Assembly: GCF_006345805.1 (NCBI RefSeq)
Contig: NW_021835067.1
Coordinates: forward strand, 1-43,692
Source: Octopus sinensis
Taxonomy: Eukaryota
DNA length: 43,692 bases
Direction: 5' to 3'
The stretch's first letter is position 1; each line of letters opens with the position of its first letter. Below are positions 1 through 13,050 of the stretch, in pieces. A program made the translations under genes and the position numbers. Under the pieces are notes generated by a model, which was given only the letters and a program-made list of their open reading frames with translations, ran no database searches and was not told where the DNA came from.

Positions 1-375
1 TTAGCACGCCAGGCGAATTGCTTCGCGGTATTTCGTCTGCCGCTACGTTCTGAGTTCAAATTCCGCTGAGGTCGACTTTGCCTTTCGTCCTTTCGGGGTC
101 GATTAAATAAGTACCAGTTACGCACTGGGGTCGATATAATCGACTTAATTCGTTTGTCTGTCCCTGTTTGCCCTCTCTGTGTCTAGCTCCTTGTGGGTAG
201 TAATGAAATAGGTATTTCTTCTGTCGCTGCGTTCTGAGTCAAAATTCCACCGAGGTCGACTTTGCTTTTCATCCTTTCGAGATTGATAAATTAAATACCA
301 GTTGCATACTGGGGTCGATCTAATCAACTGGCGCCCTCCCTAAAAAATTTGGGCCTTGTGCCTACAGTAAAATTT
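1..375 (+). mobile_element. tRNA-derived SINE, family M (Meta/MESC-like central domain), dimeric copy truncated by the window start
   Basis: B-box GAGTTCAAATTCC, then core GTCGACTTTGCCTTTCATCCTTTCGGGGTCGAT...AGTACCAG. The module starting GGTATTT occurs at 28 and 211 (183-bp period). Many copies elsewhere in the window. Confidence 0.85.
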
Positions 376-429
376 TTTTTTCTCGAACGAAGACATTTAG
401 AGCAAGAATCCTCCCTCGGTTCCAAGCAA

Positions 430-765
430 TCTTGTCTTGTTCAGTTATAACAAAACCAACTGGCTCGTAATTGATTACGAGTACAAATCTTTCAGTTGAC
501 CCGATCAGCGGAGCGGCCTGCTCGAGAAATTAACGTGCAAGTAACTTAGCACTCCACAGACACGCGTAACCCTAAGGTACTTCTCATGGGATTCAGTGTG
601 ATACAGAAAGTGACAAGCTGGTATTTTGAAATACAGGTACCACTCATTTCTCTTACCAGCTAAGTTGACTGGGTCCACCTGAAATAAAATGTCTTGCACA
701 AGGACATTACGCGCTGCCGGAATTCGAGCTCACGGACCCGACACCCTTGAGTTGAATACGTTAAT
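430..765 (-). mobile_element. tRNA-derived SINE, family N (CORE-like segment plus a Nin-like central domain), diverged
   Basis: The minus strand reads ...GAGCTCGAATTCC...GTCCTTGTGCAAGACATTT (B-box-like then CORE-like), followed by a segment shared with 39170-39310 (GTGGAGTGCT..., ACGTTAATT...GGCCG.TCCG.TGAT). Confidence 0.55.
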
Positions 766-1220
766 ACATGAGAACCGTGAGCCGAATAGGTTGGATAGAT
801 ACAAATCTGGCATTTCAGATCATATTGCAAAGAAATGTCGGATTCTTATATCTCCATCCTGAAGACGAAGGCCGGATCTACCCAGTGTTTATTTGCTTCA
901 ATTACTGGTTGTATATTCTGGTGAACTACATCTGCCAACATTATACAGTAATTTCGAATCCACAGAATCTTCTGTCGGACTTGTAACACCAAATCTTCCA
1001 CAATTTACTTTTCTGTGTCTTTTTACTCTGTGTAAGTGTTCTCTGTTTAACGTATAAACATCTGCATATTTATAATTGAATAGTCATCATTTGAAAATTT
1101 TCAATCGTTTCTTTCTTTCTCTTTGTTTACATGTATACATGTATCCACATTTTGTATATCAAATCCAAGCTGTTTTATTTGTTTATTTCCATCACCGTCT
1201 CTCTCTTTTTTCTACATTCC

Positions 1221-1251
<31 letters not shown>

Positions 1252-2276
1252 TACTTTCTCTCTGAATATATATAACTATATGAGATATAGTTATGTACAG
1301 TCATACTTAACATATTCGTGGTGCATTCGAACATGGAAAGACAGCACGCTGGAAAATGCATCGGAAGAAGAAATTCTCATTATAGACAATATGGCTGTAA
1401 ATGTATTCCTAGGCCATGAAGAACGTCACTGGACTGTATGAAGCATGCATTTCATCAACAACTTTTGATGCACTTCTCAGTCTCATCATCTAGATGGTGC
1501 GATGCTAGCTGCTGTTGTAATACCTCCATAGTAGCTACATCCAATGTAGTCGACATTGACATTGCGTCCAGAATTTCGTATTAGCTTTATGTATCAACGG
1601 TCTTAGAGTGTTCTATTTTTGTGTGTTATTCGTGTATTCTGATATTTGTGTATTTATTTTAGCATTGTTCTGTAGGTCGTTATTGCTCCAAACATCAATT
1701 TTTCCTATATCATTTGTGTGTTTTGCTGCTAACATTAATCGCTTGAATGTATCTTTAAAAGGCTATGTACCACAGAATTCCGGAAGTAACAGTTTGGACG
1801 CTAAATAAAACTATAAACTCATAATAAAGAAAAAATTACCAGCGGGAAATTTATATTAAAAAATAAAAGTTATCGATAAATCAGCGATAAATATTTATTT
1901 AGAAATGTATACTCATCTCTTGATAATATACAGACATCTCTTTCACGATGAATTAGATATATAAGTATGAAAAAAATTGTTAAGCAAACACTAGAAAATG
2001 AAAACATTTTTTCCCACAAAGGAAGATAAATTTCTTAAGCTTTTACCATATATACTCTTGCCAGATCAAATACACACCTCAGCTTCACGACGTATCTCCG
2101 TTTACTATCGAGATTCGACCTAAATCGAAAAAGTCTACTCAATCAATCCCGAGAGTACCTTAGAGATTAAAGATGGTATTATAAATATAGCTGATTAACT
2201 TCAGCACTTAGACCGAGGTGAAAGTAATAAAAACAGATGCATACAGAATAATATAATATAATACAGTATATATATA

Positions 2277-2301
2277 CATACATACACACACACACACACA
2301 T

Positions 2302-2360
<59 letters not shown>

Positions 2361-2421
2361 TATATAATACAATATAATATAATATAATATAATATAAAAT
2401 AATATAATATAATAATATATA

Positions 2422-2480
<59 letters not shown>
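2277..2480. repeat. compound microsatellite (CA)n-(TA)n-(GATA)n-(TAATA)n-(TA)n
   Basis: Read directly. Confidence 0.95.
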
Positions 2481-2484
<4 letters not shown>

Positions 2485-2949
2485 TTAGGCCATGACAAAT
2501 CTGAATGGCTTAAAAAATAACAAGAACATCATAATGTGTAAATGTGTGAAGAGTAATATGTTTTTAATTATTGATAAGTATAAATATATTGCAAAACTTA
2601 TCATCTTATAAAACGACAGAAATAAATCCGTAAGGATTCAGAACGTCTACATTAGGCAATAAATAATTAAAATTAATAATTTAATTGCGTGGATAATAAT
2701 ATAAATAGGTTTTTGGGGGGGCTTTTTTTGTTTTGATTTTTTTTTTTTTTCACTGTTTCGCATTGGGGAAGAATTTTAGCTCTGCTTATGGAACATTATA
2801 AATATTACTCTCAAGTAAATACATAAACATAGAAGAACGTAAAACAATTTGATAAGATTAGAAAGCAATAGACACTGGAAAGATAGATTTTAGTGTCACC
2901 TGATCTTTGCAGTAATGTTCTCAACTATTAACTACATTCAATATAAATA

Positions 2950-3193
2950 CTGGGTTGGTGAATAATTATTGCGGCTTTTTTTAAAAAATTTATTCAACAA
3001 AGACAATAGCATCATGTAACAAAGACATCTTTAAGTGATTATTGCGAAGCATATTGACCATCTCCTTCCCATTTGCATGGCAGGCGGTCAGACCGTCATA
3101 TAAAGATGTTTTTGTTAAATATTGTTATTGTTTTTGTTGAATAAAATTTGTTGAAAAAAAAAAAAAAGCCGCAGTAATTATGCACCAACCCAA
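2950..3193. mobile_element. Tc1/mariner-type MITE, ~244 bp
   Basis: 26-bp terminal inverted repeats CTGGGTTGGTGAATAATTATTGCGGC (2950-2975) and GCCGCAGTAATTATGCACCAACCCAA (3168-3193), 23/26 matching and resembling mariner TIRs. TA on the left flank; the right TA is not preserved. Confidence 0.75.
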
Positions 3194-3570
3194 AATGTAT
3201 ATTTACGTCTTTTAGTTTGGAAAGAGGCGGAGGGGAAAGAAAAGGAAAATTAAAGTAAGTGGTAAGTAATTGAAAGAGCAACGGAGAAAATGAGGAGATA
3301 AGCGTTATAGTATTGATCTTTAGTAGGGGGAGATATGAAAGTTCAGAAGTGAGAAGAAAGAAAAAGGAAACAAGATGTAGGGCTCACTAACGTCGATGAC
3401 GTGGGTTGATGGCGTGTAGGATCTGGGGTGGAAAAGGTTTTCTGACCTTGCCCAATGATTTCCTTAATATCGCCGACTGCATTTTTCCTTCGAATGCAGG
3501 ATACAACTAATAGAATTTTTGCAGATACCACTGGTACTTATGTAAAACGGAAACCATAGGAATACATTGG

Positions 3571-3782
3571 TTTCAGGTTTTGGCATAAGGCCAGCAATTA
3601 CGAGGAAGTGAGTATGTCTATTACATGGACCCCAGTACTCAACTGGTACTTATTTTATCGGCCCCAAAAGGAGGAAAGACAACATATACCGCGGCGGAAT
3701 CTGAACAATGAGCATAAAGACGGACGAAGTGCCGCTAAGCATTTTGCTGGTCGCACTAAAGATTCTTCCAGCTCGCTGCCTA
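3571..3782 (-). mobile_element. SINE family M, diverged monomer
   Basis: Reverse complement of the M head (GGCAGCGAGCTGG), core and tail. Confidence 0.75.
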
Positions 3783-3881
3783 CCGTACGAACGAAGACGT
3801 TGAAACTCCCGTCATAGATCGAAGCAACCTCACCAGACGGCGTAAAATTTTCTGGTATAACAGCTGATGTATATCAGAATA

Positions 3882-4192
3882 GTGGAGGCGCAATGGCTCA
3901 GTGGTTACGGTAGTGGACTCGCGGTCGGAGAATCGTGGTTTCGATTCCCAGACCGGGTATTGTGTGTGTTTATTGAGCGAAAACACCTAAAAGCACCACG
4001 AGGCTCCGACAGGGAGCGGTGGTGACCCTTGTTGTACTCTTTCGCCCAACTTTCTCTCACTCTTTCTTCCTGTTTCTTGAGTAACGCTGCGATTGACTGG
4101 CGTCCTGTCCAGCTGAAGGAACACATACGCCACAGAAACCGGCAAACCGGGCCCATGAACCTAGCTAGGCTTGAAAAGGACGCATAAAAAAA
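3882..4192 (+). mobile_element. full-length tRNA-derived V-domain-like SINE with poly(A) tail and 9-bp TSD
   Basis: A box TGGCTCAGTGG, B box GTTTCGATTCC, V-domain-like GCGATTGACTGGCGTCCTGTCCAG, A-tail. ATCAGAATA at both 3873-3881 and 4193-4201. Confidence 0.85.
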
Positions 4193-5207
4193 ATCAGAAT
4201 AAATGCATTTATTTCTGAGATCCCCTTCGAACATAATCGTCCAAAGACTCCTTGAAAGTTCTTCAATAAATATGAAAACATCAGTCATGTTTGGAAACAA
4301 CTGAGAGAAATGTAATGGTTTGCCAGTGATTATTACTTTCTCACAAGGCCTTATCCGAAGCTGCAGGAAAATATAATCCAACTCACCGACTCCATTAGCA
4401 AAAGGCATAGTATTGCTCTCATAACCAACTTGACCTGTACATGAAAATGGTTGAGGAATACTGGTTTCTAGCATGACCATATTCTCTATTAGTTTAATTC
4501 ATGTATACGCTGATAGAAGATTCCATTTACTTCTTCCCAACTTTTTTTTTCTTGGAAATTGTTAAAAAATGTGACGAATACATCGCATGTTTGGAATCGA
4601 ACCCACTTTATAACCATCTTCGTCATGCCAACAGTTTTCCGCCCAGATAACTATGTGAGCATCTTTATGTCCGTTTTAAAATATCTCTACTAACTTCTAA
4701 CACTTAAATACTACTTGCTTCTGGTAATCGATGAATGTTCGAGGTTTCCTTTCGCGTTTGCGTGATCAGATATGACAGTTGCTAGAGTAATTCGATGTCT
4801 TCAAAATATATTTTTCATGTTTGATTCTACAGCTTCAATCCACTCGAAACGGGGATACGAATTTATGTCATGAAATGTTTCGCCGTTATTTTTTTCTTAA
4901 GAGAAACAACATTGTTGAAACTAAACAAAAAAATAAAATAAAATAAGACAAAAATTTCCACACCATCCTAGTGCAAACACTCATGTAGATCTTCTAATGG
5001 AACTCCATGGAGAATAAATACACGTGCCCTTCCTTCAATAAATCTGCCACAAAAAAAGCTGCAGCGGACGTTTTAGGAGATTCACGCCATACTACGATTA
5101 GATGAGTGCTTACAAAATCATTCCTGGTACTTCTAGTCAAGGTGCATTAGAGTATATTGTAGTTAAATGTTGGCAGCTGGTGATTTGCAATTAAAAACTC
5201 AAAGGCA

Positions 5208-5231
5208 TACACACACACGCACTCACGCACG

Positions 5232-5273
<42 letters not shown>

Positions 5274-5633
5274 ACACACACACACCACATGCACACACTT
5301 ACATATACATTTGCGCGTCGAACGGTGAAGTTGAACACTTTAGCACAATAAAACGATTTCATTCACAGTAACTGTTTCTAGACACATCAATGTATACATC
5401 TCACTTTCCCTCTCTCTCTCTTCTTCTCGCCCTTTCTGTCTGTCTATTTGTGTCTCTCAGCACACGCACATGTATATGTTCGCATATGTTTATATTATGT
5501 ATATGTATGTACTCGTGTGTATGAGTGTATGTATGCATACATATATATATACACACATATATATAATATATATATATATTATATATATATATATTATATA
5601 TATATATGTACATATATATATATACACACACAC

Positions 5634-5680
<47 letters not shown>

Positions 5681-5799
5681 GTATTCATATACATACATGC
5701 ATATTTGTGTGCGTACATACGTATACATGTATACATATGCATTTACATATATCTGTATATACACAGAATGTACATATATTCATATATATATATACATAC

Positions 5800-5871
<72 letters not shown>

Positions 5872-5965
5872 ATACATACATACATACACATATATATATG
5901 TATATATATACATATATATGTGTGTGTATGCATATCTATATCTATCTATCTATCTACACACACAC
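5208..5965. repeat. (CA)n, (CT)n and long interrupted (TA)n microsatellite block
   Basis: Read directly; explains the ORFs at 5147-5982. Confidence 0.95.
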
Positions 5966-7084
5966 ATGGTTCCGTTGATTGAACGCTATGAACACACCTT
6001 CATCAATATCAGAACATCAGCGTTGGAGTCCTATCAGAACCGCGATAAAATTTTTCGTTTATTTATTTTCGTAATGTCCTTTGTTTAGCTATTATATTTT
6101 TATTACTACAGATTCCAGTTTAAATAGCTGGCAACTCAGTTGAGAAAACAACCATTTATAGAGATACAAAAGGAAACACGAGACTGTATAATCGATCGTT
6201 ATCTTTGTGTTAGCCACACACACACACAACACAGCCAGTTAACAAACAATTGGTCATATAGTTGAAAAACAAAAGTCGATGCAGTGGTTATACTGAATAG
6301 AGCGGGAAATTATCTAATAGTAGGCTTGTTTCAATAGAAACTTTCTCGTTTAATATTAAATGACTGTGTGTTGTAGTTCTCGAGGTAAACCACGTCATTA
6401 CACACACAAATACACACGTACAAAAACAACTGTTAATTGAATATCGATTACAGAGGCGGAAACATGAACAGCCATGCTTACACTGAGATGTTGTTGTGAT
6501 TATTGTTTATGTTTTTGGTAGTGTAATTGTTACGTAACCTCAACTGAGCTCTGATCGTACAGGCCTATCATCAAAGACATTCCGAAAATGACCATCCAAC
6601 GTACTTTATTTATATTTCTATACAGTGGATATAAAGCTAATGTAACAATATTTTTAAGATTTCAAGAACTTGGCTGCTTTGTCAATTAAACCTAGCAACC
6701 ACAGACGATTCCTTCTATTTCTGATCTTATTGTTTTGTCCCAGGGCATCATTGACTGGGAAAATGTCTGACCAGAAGTATTCCAGCCATGACCATTACGT
6801 TGTCTATGCTGTATTATGTAAGGCACCCCGACAACAAGGAGTGATATGAATGAGATTTTACTGCTTTATCTAGCAACCCAACAAGGCCACCCAAATGGCT
6901 CTACCATAATAATAAAGCTGGTAATGGTGATTGTCTTTAATCCCAAATAAACCTGGCCCCAGCAAAGCTTTGATCAAATACACACTAGCCATAATCATGT
7001 AGTTATTTGTTATCTATATTTTTTTATACACCCAGGCCTATTCCACATTTTTTAGGAGGGGTAGCCACAATAAGACACATACCA

Positions 7085-7550
7085 GGCATTCTATTCACTT
7101 CCCAGCTCAAAGAGGCGAGCCCCGTTCTATGATCGGGTTGAGGCATAGAACGCAATCCCAATATCAGCAACAGGGCCCTACAGCATATGCTGGTTTACCC
7201 CCGCTGCATCATGCTGGTTCCATACCCGTATGAGTAACATCAAATTCACTTATCCTTCCACAAACACTCTCCAAGCTTTCCTATCATTTATAAACTCTCT
7301 TGCCTCTCTCACTCCAACACCTCTAACCACCAAAGTTTTCCTCTCCCCATCCATTCACACAAACCGTGGTCTGCCTCTGGTTCTGCTGCCTACCACTCCT
7401 GTCTCATAACACTCCTTACCATCTGCTCCTCATCCATCCTCTCCATGTGGCCAAACCACCTCAACATTCGTCTATCCATTTTGGTAATTAGTTTTTTCTA
7501 TTATTCCTGCTCGCCTTCGCACTTCTTCATTCCTCATCCTGTCCATCTAT
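7085..7550 (-). mobile_element. RTE-clade LINE 3' fragment (ORF2 C-terminus remnant plus 3' UTR)
   Basis: Minus-strand translation with frameshifts gives MDRMRNEEVRRRAG, RMLRWFGHMERMDEE and GSRTRGRPRF, matching the RTE C-terminal motifs R.RNE, WFGH..RM and RGRP. There is a 9-bp hairpin CGTTCTATG/CATAGAACG at 7123-7152. Confidence 0.8.
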
Positions 7551-7939
7551 AACATACACCGCCAAATGCACGTCCTTCTATTTTCACAAGTGTCGAGGAA
7601 AATTTAAGGAAATCAGGCTGCTATTTCTAACATATCAAACTATCGATCTGACTTGAATTCACCGTTGTTGTTGCTGGCGGTATTGTTGTTACTGTTGTTT
7701 TTTTTTTTTTCTATGATCTATAGTTCCAGGTCATCCCAAAACGTACAATTTAATAATCTATAGTCTCTAACTTGGCAGTCGACAATTACCTGTTTTTCTT
7801 TTTTTTTTTTTTTTTTTTGTTTCTTAACCGAAGATTTTTTATTCATTTCTGAAGCTGCTAGTTATGACAGGAAGAAAGGCTAGAAAATTCCTATCTATAC
7901 TGTCTTCTAGCAGTGAGGTTAGTTTTTAATATTTATTTC

Positions 7940-8515
7940 AAATTTTGGCAAAAAGCCCGGCATTTCAGGGAACGGGTTAAGTCGATCACATTGACCCCAG
8001 TAGTACCAAACTGATACTTATTTTATCGACTCCGAAAGAATGAAAGCAAAAGTCGATCTCGGCAGAATTTAAACTCAGAACGTAATGACGGACGAAATGC
8101 CGCTAAGAATTTTGTCCGACGTGCAAACGATCCTTTTCTACTATAGGCACAAGGCTTAAAATTTTAGGGGAAGGGACTAGTCATTTACATTGACCCCAGT
8201 GTTTCACTGGTACTTAATTTATCGAGCACGAAAGGATGAAAGAAGAAGTCGACCTCGGCGGAATTTTGACTCGGAACTTAGCGACGGGTGAAACACCTAT
8301 TTCTTTACTACGCACAAGGGGACAAACAAGGACAGACAAACGGATTAAGTCGATTATATCGACACCAGTGCGTAACTAGTACTTATTTAATCGATCACGA
8401 AACGATGAAAGGCAAAGTCGACTTTGGCGGAATTTGAACTCAGAACGTAGCGGCAGACAAAATACTGCTAAGCATTTCGCCCGGCGTGCTAACGTTTCTG
8501 CCAGCTCGCCGTCTT
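7940..8515 (-). mobile_element. cluster of three SINE M units
   Basis: Reverse-complement M cores; an intact head GCGAGCTGGCAGAAACGTTAGC ends near 8512. Confidence 0.85.
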
Positions 8516-8539
8516 ATGTTACTTTTTAATATTAGTCTG

Positions 8540-9385
8540 ATTCTATTTCGTCTGTCTTTACGTTCTGAGTTCAAATTCCGCCGGGGTCGACTTAGCCTTT
8601 CATCCTTTCGGGTCGATAAATTAAATACCAGTTACGTAATGGGGGATGATCTAATCGACTGGCACCTTACCCCCAATATTTCGGGACTTTTGCCTAGAAC
8701 AGAAATGAATGCAAATCTGACTCTAAAGCGGCGAGTGGCAGAAACATTACCATGCCGGACTAAGTGCTTAGCAGCTTTTCATACACTAGAATAAGCGGCG
8801 AGCTGGCAGAAACGGTAGCACGCCGGGCGAAATGCTTAGCGGTATTTCGTCTGCCGTTACGTTCTGAGTTCAAATTCCGCCGAGGTCAACTTTGCCTTTC
8901 ATCCTTTCGGGTCGATAAATTAAGAACCAGTTACGCACTGGGGTCGATTTAATCGACTTAATCCATTTGTCTGTCCTTGTTTGTCCCCTCTGTATTTAGC
9001 CCCTTGTGGGTAGTAAACAAATAGGTATTTCGTCTGTCGTTACGTTCTGAGTTCAAATTCCGCCGAGGTCGACTTTACCTTTTATCCTTTCAGGGTCGTT
9101 CAATTAAGTACCAGTTACGCAAATGGGGGTCGATGTAATCGACTTAATCCCTTTGTCTGTCCTTGTTTAGCCGCTTGTGAGCAATAAAGAAATAAGAAAC
9201 GTTAGTACACCGAGCAGAGAGCTCGGTGGTATTTCGTGTAACTTTACTTTCTAAGTTGAAATCCTACCGGAGCCTACTTTGCCTTCCATCCTTTTAGGGT
9301 CAATAAAATAAATTCCAGTTGAACACTGAGGGTCGATTTAATCGACTCACGTCATTTCCCGAAATTACTGGCCTTGTGCCAAAAT
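8540..9385 (+). mobile_element. cluster of about four SINE M units
   Basis: Head at 8793, module starts at 8841 and 9024 (183-bp period), and degenerate units at 8540-8705 and 9200-9385. Confidence 0.85.
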
Positions 9386-10213
9386 TAATCTTATTCCTCT
9401 GCCATACTATTCCTAAACCTCCTCCTTTATCTACTTCTAAATTTTTGCATTGGCGTTATAGATCTAATTATATGACATTTCAATCTCTATTTAATTTAAT
9501 ATTTTCAGCTTCAGTTAATTAACCTCTTCTGGTCTAATCTCATGATCCCATATTCATTGTCTTTATGTTGCTGAATTTATGAACAAGTTTTAGATGATTA
9601 TTACGAGTGGGTTGTGTCCATTTCAAATATAGAAGAAGCAACGATCATTAATACGGCGTCTTTGAGTTCAAATTCCTCCGAAGTTAACTTTAATGTTCAT
9701 GCTTTAGAGGGTCTATGAAATAAAGTATCACGCAGAATATAGGATCCCAGTAGTACCAGACTGGTACTTATATATAATCGACTTGCTCCCTTCGCTTAAA
9801 ATCACTAGCCTTGAAACATGTCACTGACCAAAGACACTTTCAAGGCAATATTGTACCCTCAGTGACCTATACACAGAAGAAACCTGGTAGTTGGCCTCAT
9901 GATTCTTAGAGATCACGATATGTGTGTCTGTATATATATACACACTATAAACAATAAATTAAGATACGTAAAAAATAGAGAGATACATATGACAATCCCG
10001 AAATTTTATATCATATGACATAATATATATATATATATATATTCATAAACAAATTACAGCAGATGGGTTGTTGTTCAGTCACTACATCTATTTCAGACGT
10101 TTTTTGTTTTATTTTATTGATTAACAGAATTTATTACATCATGCGAAAAAAATCATTTTTCATCATGTGAATATATGTGTCGGTTAAAGAATTCAAAATC
10201 CTTTAAATTTCAA

Positions 10214-10249
<36 letters not shown>

Positions 10250-10255
10250 CATGCA

Positions 10256-10287
<32 letters not shown>

Positions 10288-10556
10288 TATATAATACATG
10301 CATACATATATATATATTTGCGTGATAATGCAAATAAACAACGTGATCAGGATAAATTATCCATACATTGCAGAAAAATACGTTACCCACCAGCCATGAG
10401 ACTCGAACTTACATCTTGTGATAATTTATCCTGATCACGCTATCTATTAACATTATCACGCGTTTGAGAATAAAAAATAATAATTTTTGTATCTTTCAAT
10501 ACATCTCAACGCTTCTAAAACTAACTTTGTTTACTTTCATTTTAAGTTGAATGAGT

Positions 10557-10608
<52 letters not shown>

Positions 10609-11412
10609 TACATACATACGTATCTATCATTCAACTTGCAATCCCACGTGGAACACCCACTGCAGAAAATGCATATAGCCACATTGCTGAAACGTAAATC
10701 GGAACAAAGGACATTAAAGTGGATCTTGTGTTTATCATACTTCTCCTTTTTGTTTTCAATAGAGTTAGTTGTAAAACGGCTAAATTAAGTAAAAACCTCA
10801 GTTTTATTTTTTTTTATTTTTCAAAGTAATCTAGATTAAGATTCTCTGCAGTGCTATAAATTCACCAGTAACAATCGCAAACTTAACTGTACATCCGAGA
10901 AATGATATATATATTTATACGCATAGAAATTATTTTTGCATTCTTTAATTGACGGAAAGTTTCGAGAGTGATTTAAACACCCAAAGTTTATTTTATGTTC
11001 CATGGCACTGAGCAAATCGATAAGTGCCATGTCTGTTATGCTAAACATCTGTAGATGTATAAATATACCTACACACGTACATGCACACACATACACACAA
11101 ATATATATACATACTTGCATGCAAACATTTGCATACATGTATACACACACACACACACACCTATTTATGTATATATTTCTATACACACGTACTCATGCAT
11201 TTACATTTACACGAAGATAGGTAGATGCATAAAGATAGAAATTAGAGAAAAAGAGAGAGAGATTTATGCATGCATACATATGCAATCGTAGGTGTTTGTC
11301 AATAAGTGCATGTATCTTATATATGAATATATGTAAAAATGTATCCATGATATATATATATATATATAGATATATATATATACACTTTTATAGCTACCAT
11401 AACATCATATAT

Positions 11413-11458
<46 letters not shown>

Positions 11459-12229
11459 TATATAATGTATATATTTACATATATATATATGTGTGTGTGT
11501 GTGGTGTGTGTGTGTGCGTGTGTGTGTGTGTGTGTGTATCCGGTAGTTTAAAAATAAAATACCAACTATTTCCTATTATATATAAGTCTTCAATAAACAA
11601 TATTATTATTTCAAAGTTTTTCTTAAACATTGATTAAATTTTCCCCATCTGACCTTTCCTTGTCTTCTCTCTTGTCTTCCCATGTTTTCTTTTCATTCGC
11701 AAACTTTAGTTAATTATTCTTTTGTTTTCTTTTGTTTTCTCTTTTTTTTTGTACTTTTATTATTCTTATTGTTTTTTTCTGTTGTTTTTGTTGTTGCTTT
11801 CTTTTAAATGGGTGGAGTTTTGTTGGCTTCATTCCCGGCTACAAGGACCACTCAATATATTTGGTTGAGATGCCAGCAAAGATCAGAGGTGATCAATTTC
11901 GTCTATTACTGTTTCGAAACTGTATCTTAATTGTCGTATCGATTTTCTTTTCTTCTTTTTTCGTGATATTTGCGTATTTGTGTGTGTGTGTGTGTGTATG
12001 TGTGCGGTTTTCCGTCTTGGACGAGTACGTAAATGCGAATATGTATGCCTCTGTATATATGTGTGTTTGTTATTCTTCGATTGAACTGAGAATGGTAACG
12101 GTAAAGAAGAATATGAAGGAGAAGAAACTTTCATGAAACGACCCAGGTGAAGCTTCTTTACTTGTAATGCAATCATTTGTTCCACTGTTATAAAACTGTC
12201 TGATTTATATAAATCGATTTGCGAAGAAG

Positions 12230-12259
12230 TGTATCTCTTACTGTGTCACTTGTTGCTGT

Positions 12260-12299
<40 letters not shown>

Positions 12300-12522
12300 A
12301 ATGATGATGATGATGATGATGGTGATGATGACGATAATAATGATGATGATGTTGATGATTGAGATAGGAATAACAATGATCGCGATGACGACGGCGATGA
12401 TGATTATGATGATGATGATGATGATGATGATGTTGTTGATGGTGGTGGTGATGATTGAGATAAGAATAATAACAATCATCACTACCATCATCAACAACAT
12501 CATCATCATCATCATCATCATC

Positions 12523-12573
<51 letters not shown>

Positions 12574-12748
12574 GTCGTCGTCGTCGTCATCGCGATCATT
12601 GTTATTCCTATCTCAATCATCACCATCATCATCATTATTATCGTCATCATCACCATCATCATCATCATCAGCAGCAGCAGCAACAACAACAACAGCAACA
12701 AGTGACACAGTAAGAGATACATGATGATGCTGTTGTTGTTTTGGTCCG

Positions 12749-12781
<33 letters not shown>

Positions 12782-13014
12782 CGATTAATGATGATGATAG
12801 TGATGATTGAGATAAGAATAACAATGATCGCCATGATAATTATGATGATGATGATGATGATGGTAGTGATGCTGATTGAGATAAGAATAATAACGATGAT
12901 GATGATGATGCTGTTGTTGTTTTGGTCCATGATGATGATGATGATGATGACGACGACGACGACGACGACGATGATGATGATGATGATGATGATGATGACG
13001 ACGACGACGACGAC

Positions 13015-13048
<34 letters not shown>

Positions 13049-13050
13049 TT
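12230..13050. repeat. composite trinucleotide repeat [(GTT),(GCT),(ATG),(ATC),(GAC)] containing a ~490-bp foldback
   Basis: The unique anchor TGTATCTCTTACTGTGTCACTTG at 12230 recurs inverted, ending at 12721. The motif GATTGAGATA(G/A)GAATAA recurs several times. Confidence 0.9.

Noticed and set aside
3882-3960. tRNA gene-like sequence
   Set aside because: It is the head of a SINE with a body, A-tail and TSD; the acceptor stem does not close.
4202-4650. TIR-like translation (NAFISE...ENIIQ...KW) and a 191-aa minus-strand ORF
   Set aside because: The TIR match is too loose and has several stops; half the ORF is antisense SINE.
6540-7010. Three diverged ~180-bp units sharing CCAGCCATGACCAT-like and CTGCT(A/T)T motifs, with echoes near 7610, 13240 and 27640-27780
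   Set aside because: Probably an old repeat family, but too diverged to bound or classify by eye.
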